A stretch of DNA of 63,571 nucleotides, the filler included, from Reclinomonas americana ATCC 50394 (Eukaryota), in NCBI GenBank assembly GCA_048213135.1. It is 7 parts of 7 records of this genome, joined end to end, with 100 filler letters (N's around TTAATTAATTAA, not from the genome) between each part and the next. Parts side by side here need not be neighbours in the genome. Positions count along the whole stretch, not along the records: positions 53,522 to 60,341 come from AFZH01019584.1; positions 60,442 to 62,357 come from AFZH01019590.1; positions 62,458 to 63,571 come from AFZH01019592.1; 4 more parts are not named here. One strand, written 5' to 3'. This document shows positions 60,079-63,571 of the stretch, in pieces. The position numbers and the translations under genes were made by a program. The notes below the pieces were generated by a model. The model did no database searches. It had not been told where the DNA came from and saw only the letters and a list, made by a program, of their open reading frames with translations. Every line of letters starts with the position of its first letter. Position 1 is the first letter of the stretch.

Positions 60079-60341
60079 GTGAGTGGGCGGAAAGAGGGGA
60101 AGGGAAGGGGGAAGGGTGACAGGATCTCGGCCTCTCAGCTTGCTCTTCTCTCTGTGGTCTTCCTCGTGGACGTGGCGGCACTCTGCTCTCTCTTTCTCTC
60201 CTGTCTCTCTCTCTCTCACACACACACTCTCTCTGGTAAAGTGGTATGTCCTTTTGTGGAACTTTCTCTGCGGCAGCTCATCTTCCCCTTGTGACACACC
60301 TTCCTCCACTTTGTCATGATCTCCTTCTCTCTCTCTCTCTC

Positions 60342-60441
60342 NNNNNNNNNNNNNNNNNNNNNNNNNNNNNNNNNNNNNNNNNNNNTTAATTAATTAANNN
60401 NNNNNNNNNNNNNNNNNNNNNNNNNNNNNNNNNNNNNNNNN
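60342..60441. other. Artificial contig-join spacer
   Basis: N-TTAATTAATTAA-N. Confidence 0.97.
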
Positions 60442-62357
60442 CGTGGCGTCCGCGCGCCCTTCATGTTGGCTACTCTTTCTGTGATTCCGACATTCGTGTG
60501 TGTGTTTCTGCCTTTGCCGATGATCGTCACGTGGTGGTGTCTTCCGTTCGTGAGGCGCAGCTGGTCCTGGATCTGTCCAAGCGTTTGGCCGAGTGGTCTG
60601 GCATTGCCGACAACCCGCAGAAGTCATTGGTGCTGGCTCTGCGTGCTCGGAACAAGCCGACTGGTCCGATGCAGGCGCAGAAGTTTGTGGCGGAGGAGTT
60701 CGATCCCGAGCTCGCGATGGCTGGCACTGCGTTGCGATCCATGTCATCTGTCACTGAGTGCGATCGTTGGCTTGGCTACCCGTTCTACTCACCGACTCGC
60801 ACAAGTGAGGCGAAGAAGCAAGTGGCGGAGATGCTGGAGAAGCAGCTCTTCACTCCGATCAAGGCCATCAAGCAGTCGTCGCTGTTGCCGCTCCAGAAGG
60901 TGGATGCCGTTCGTCGCTTCGTCCTCCCCAAAGCCACCTTTGTCATTTCGGCCGTGGAGCTTCAGCCGGAAGTGCTCGCCACAATCGACTGCAAGATCCG
61001 CGACAGCATCAGACTCTGCCTTGGCCTCGCCAACGACTCCGGCACACCCTTCCTCTACACTCCGCTGTCGAAAGGTGGTCTCGGCCTGTACTCTGTGGTG
61101 GAACGAGCGGCCTCTCTGTTGATCAACTCGGCGGTGAAACTGTTGACACACCGCCGTCCGCTGACTCGCCGTGTGGCGGAGCACATGCTCCACTGCTCGG
61201 TGAAGGCGGCCGGTGGTCGTGTTGACGACTTCTCGCCGTTGCCGACTGCTGGTTTGGTGGCCAAGTACCGGCAGACGAACGAGGTCACAGACGTCAATTG
61301 CCAGCAGCTGCCAGTTGCCACGCCACAGCGGTATTTCTCTGTGTGTTTGTCTCCTGTTGCTCCTCCGGCTGGTGCTGCTGCTGTTGCTCCTGGTGCAGGT
61401 ACTCGGTTCCAAGTGGCCACTGATCCGAATGCTCCTCGCCGCGCTGTTCGCTCCAATCTGATGGGTGTTGCTCTTGGGCACGCTCTGAAGTTGGGTGTCA
61501 GTGTGGAAGTGCATGCGGCTGCTGCTGTTGGTCAGCCTCCGCTGGTGGTCGGACGGCTGGCTGACGGTGGTGTTGTGTTTCCCTTTGCCTCTCGCTTTTT
61601 GCGTGCGATGTCACATTTCTATTCCAAGCGCCACATTGTGAGCTGGAAGGCCTTGCAGAAGTGTGGTGCCTTTGTCGACTTTCTGCAGAAGGCTGCTGCT
61701 GGAACCCATGACGTGGTGGCTCAGGGCAACAGCATCACCGAGAAGGAGCAGCGCTTCCTTTGCAAGATGCGGACCAACTCCGTCATGCTCAACAACAAGG
61801 CGGCGGTCTTCATCGGCAACCCTGGTGGCCCCGCGTCGCTGTGCCCACTCTGTGGCAAGGAGTCGGAGTCGCTCGGTCACTTGCTCAACGGCTGTGAAAA
61901 GCTGAATTCATGAAGGGCCTGTGGACGACGCGTCACGACAATGTGCTTGACGTCCTTCATGCGGCTTTGGTGCGGCGCCCCAAGGTGGACGGTGTGGCGT
62001 GCCAGCTGGTGCGCGAGCGTGTCGACGCCGACTTGCTGCCCGCGGCAGTGGACTTTGCCGACCACGCCAACTTGGCCAGGCTCAAGCCGGACCTCACCCT
62101 GGTTCACACCAGAGAGGGGACTGGTGAGATCTGCTCGGTCCAGGTGGTGGAGCTGACGTGCCCCTTCGCCAACAAAGACTCGGTCAAGTCTGCTGTCAAC
62201 GGCAAGAAGGCCAAGTACGAGTCGTTGGTCAAGGCCATCAAGCAGAAGGTCGGCGATCAGGCCAAGGTCGAGCTGGTGGTGCTCCCTGTGACCTCGATTG
62301 GCACGGCATCGGCCTTGGTGTCGACTGGCCTCCGTCGTCTCGGCGTGCGCAACGTTC
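60442..62357 (+). mobile_element. Non-LTR retrotransposon fragment of the restriction-like endonuclease class (R2/NeSL/CRE-type): RT C-terminus, CCHC knuckle, RLE; frameshifted near 61905
   Basis: Intronless. AFADD, WLGYPF, LPLQKVDAVRRFVLPK, FLYTPLSKGGLGL, CPLCGKESESLGHLLNGC, RHDNVL, KPDL, VELTCP, KKAKY. Confidence 0.9.
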
Positions 62358-62457
62358 NNNNNNNNNNNNNNNNNNNNNNNNNNNNNNNNNNNNNNNNNNN
62401 NTTAATTAATTAANNNNNNNNNNNNNNNNNNNNNNNNNNNNNNNNNNNNNNNNNNNN
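62358..62457. other. Artificial contig-join spacer
   Basis: N-TTAATTAATTAA-N. Confidence 0.97.
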
Positions 62458-63414
62458 GCGTGCGATATCGATCGCGCACCTAAGTTAACCATGCCCTCGT
62501 CCCTGCAGGACGCACAGCACTCCGGGCGCCCTGTACCGACTGGCTTGCGGAAACCAAATGTGGCTGAGGTTGCTCCACACCTCCTACACGACGGTCTCTT
62601 CGCGATCGAACGCGAATTCGGTGCAGCAGACAGCACCGCAGCCGGCACAGCAGTAACCGTGGACGCGGCCGGCGCCGGAGTCGATGATACGTGGCAATGA
62701 TCATCGCCCTCGTCCACGGTCAGCGACAACCGTTGCGCGCCTTCGTCATGGTCAGCAACAGCGAGGTCGTCTCTGCTGCGGCTGGCCAGGGGTCCGCCAG
62801 GGACGGGCCCGGGCGCCACCTCTGGAGCAATGTAACCTCGAGTCGCACTATTCCACGACGTTGGTGTCGTGGAAGTCACAGCGGTGCTAACAGTGGGTAC
62901 GAACAGTCCGGACGCCACAGGCTGCATGCATATTCGCAGTTGACGATAGTTCGCCTTGCGCGGCAGCGCCGTCGACGCCGGGCGTGGTGGTACCGGTGGT
63001 GCCGTTAACAAAGCCGGCGTTGACGAACGTGACGTGCCATGGACTGCAGATTCGTGATCTTGATCGAAATCGATTTCTGGCCATGGCTGCGCCAGCAGCG
63101 CGATGGGTGGAGACGACGGTCGAGGCCGAGGTTGTGCATCTGTGCGCCATTGCCGATGAGACCAAGGAGGCGTACAGATACGTTGGCGGGCTTTCAATGA
63201 AAACCTTCAAAAACTCACCAACTGTGCCTTCAAGCCCCGTGAACTCAGTCGCTGGCATCACGGGGATACCATCACGATCGACCGTTAACAACTGCAGTCG
63301 TCGTCGAATTCGTGGCGTCGATTCGTTGAAGGTTTCGTCGTACAATCCGTCCGACATCCTTGCAATTGGTCTGCACATGTCGCATACTGTCAGTGAACAC
63401 GTGCTACTCATCAA
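62458..63414 (-). CDS. Fragment with an EsV-1-7-like cysteine-rich motif (two overlapping frames; 3' truncated)
   Basis: CRRCGATSATFGFRKPVGTGRPECCASCRDEGMVNL fits the C..C...A.FG...C..(H/C)...GMV pattern. An upstream ORF, 62887-63414, lies in another frame. Confidence 0.5.
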
Positions 63415-63571
63415 CGATCATGCATGACACGCGTCACAGCAAAACCCACCTTGCGATCGATTGTTACAATTGGGAGAGCAAACAACAGTCAACACAGACG
63501 GTGCCAGCGGGAAGAGTGGTGTAGTGGTGCCTGTGTACACACACACAGCAACAGTAGTCAGCACCGACGTT

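Noticed and set aside
1..60341. Introner-like mobile introns
   Set aside because: Introns share only splice signals and GT/CT microsatellites; I saw no extended sequence identity or terminal repeats between them.
1..63571. Alternative genetic code or stop-codon reassignment
   Set aside because: TAA (cullin), TAG (EGF-fibre, SMPDL, CPSF3) and TGA (mL54, ankyrin) all end genes at the expected positions, and the broken ORFs are explained by introns.
60442..63571. Retrotransposon and EsV-1-7 fragment as one composite element
   Set aside because: They are separated by an artificial spacer, so no physical linkage can be inferred.

Overview
A gene-dense, GC-rich, intron-rich eukaryotic (flagellated protist-like) sequence using the standard genetic code. 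It is seven contigs joined by artificial N-TTAATTAATTAA-N spacers, so adjacency across a spacer carries no meaning. By splicing short (mostly about 50-90 nt) GT-AG introns by hand I recognise: a double-RCC1/charged-helix protein, a cullin, mitochondrial mL54, an ankyrin-repeat protein, a secreted EGF plus virus-fibre-like protein, codanin-1, a TPR-PH protein, an acid sphingomyelinase-like phosphodiesterase, a C2HC zinc-finger protein, AAGAB/p34, an RDH-like SDR, CPSF3, a QWRF/augmin-8 protein, a TMC channel, an acylated EF-hand protein, B9D2, a secreted tocopherol-cyclase-like protein, several orphans, an RLE-type non-LTR retrotransposon fragment and an EsV-1-7-motif fragment. Two signals stand out. 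(1) A frequent class of 5' splice sites, GTTGCGT/GTTGAGT, is the ordinary GTGCGT/GTGAGT donor with one extra T; it occurs at 25 or more introns across nearly all genes. (2) A secreted tenascin-type EGF protein is fused to about 1100 aa of repeats resembling phage/virus fibre proteins. Exon boundaries are manual inferences; no searches were run.
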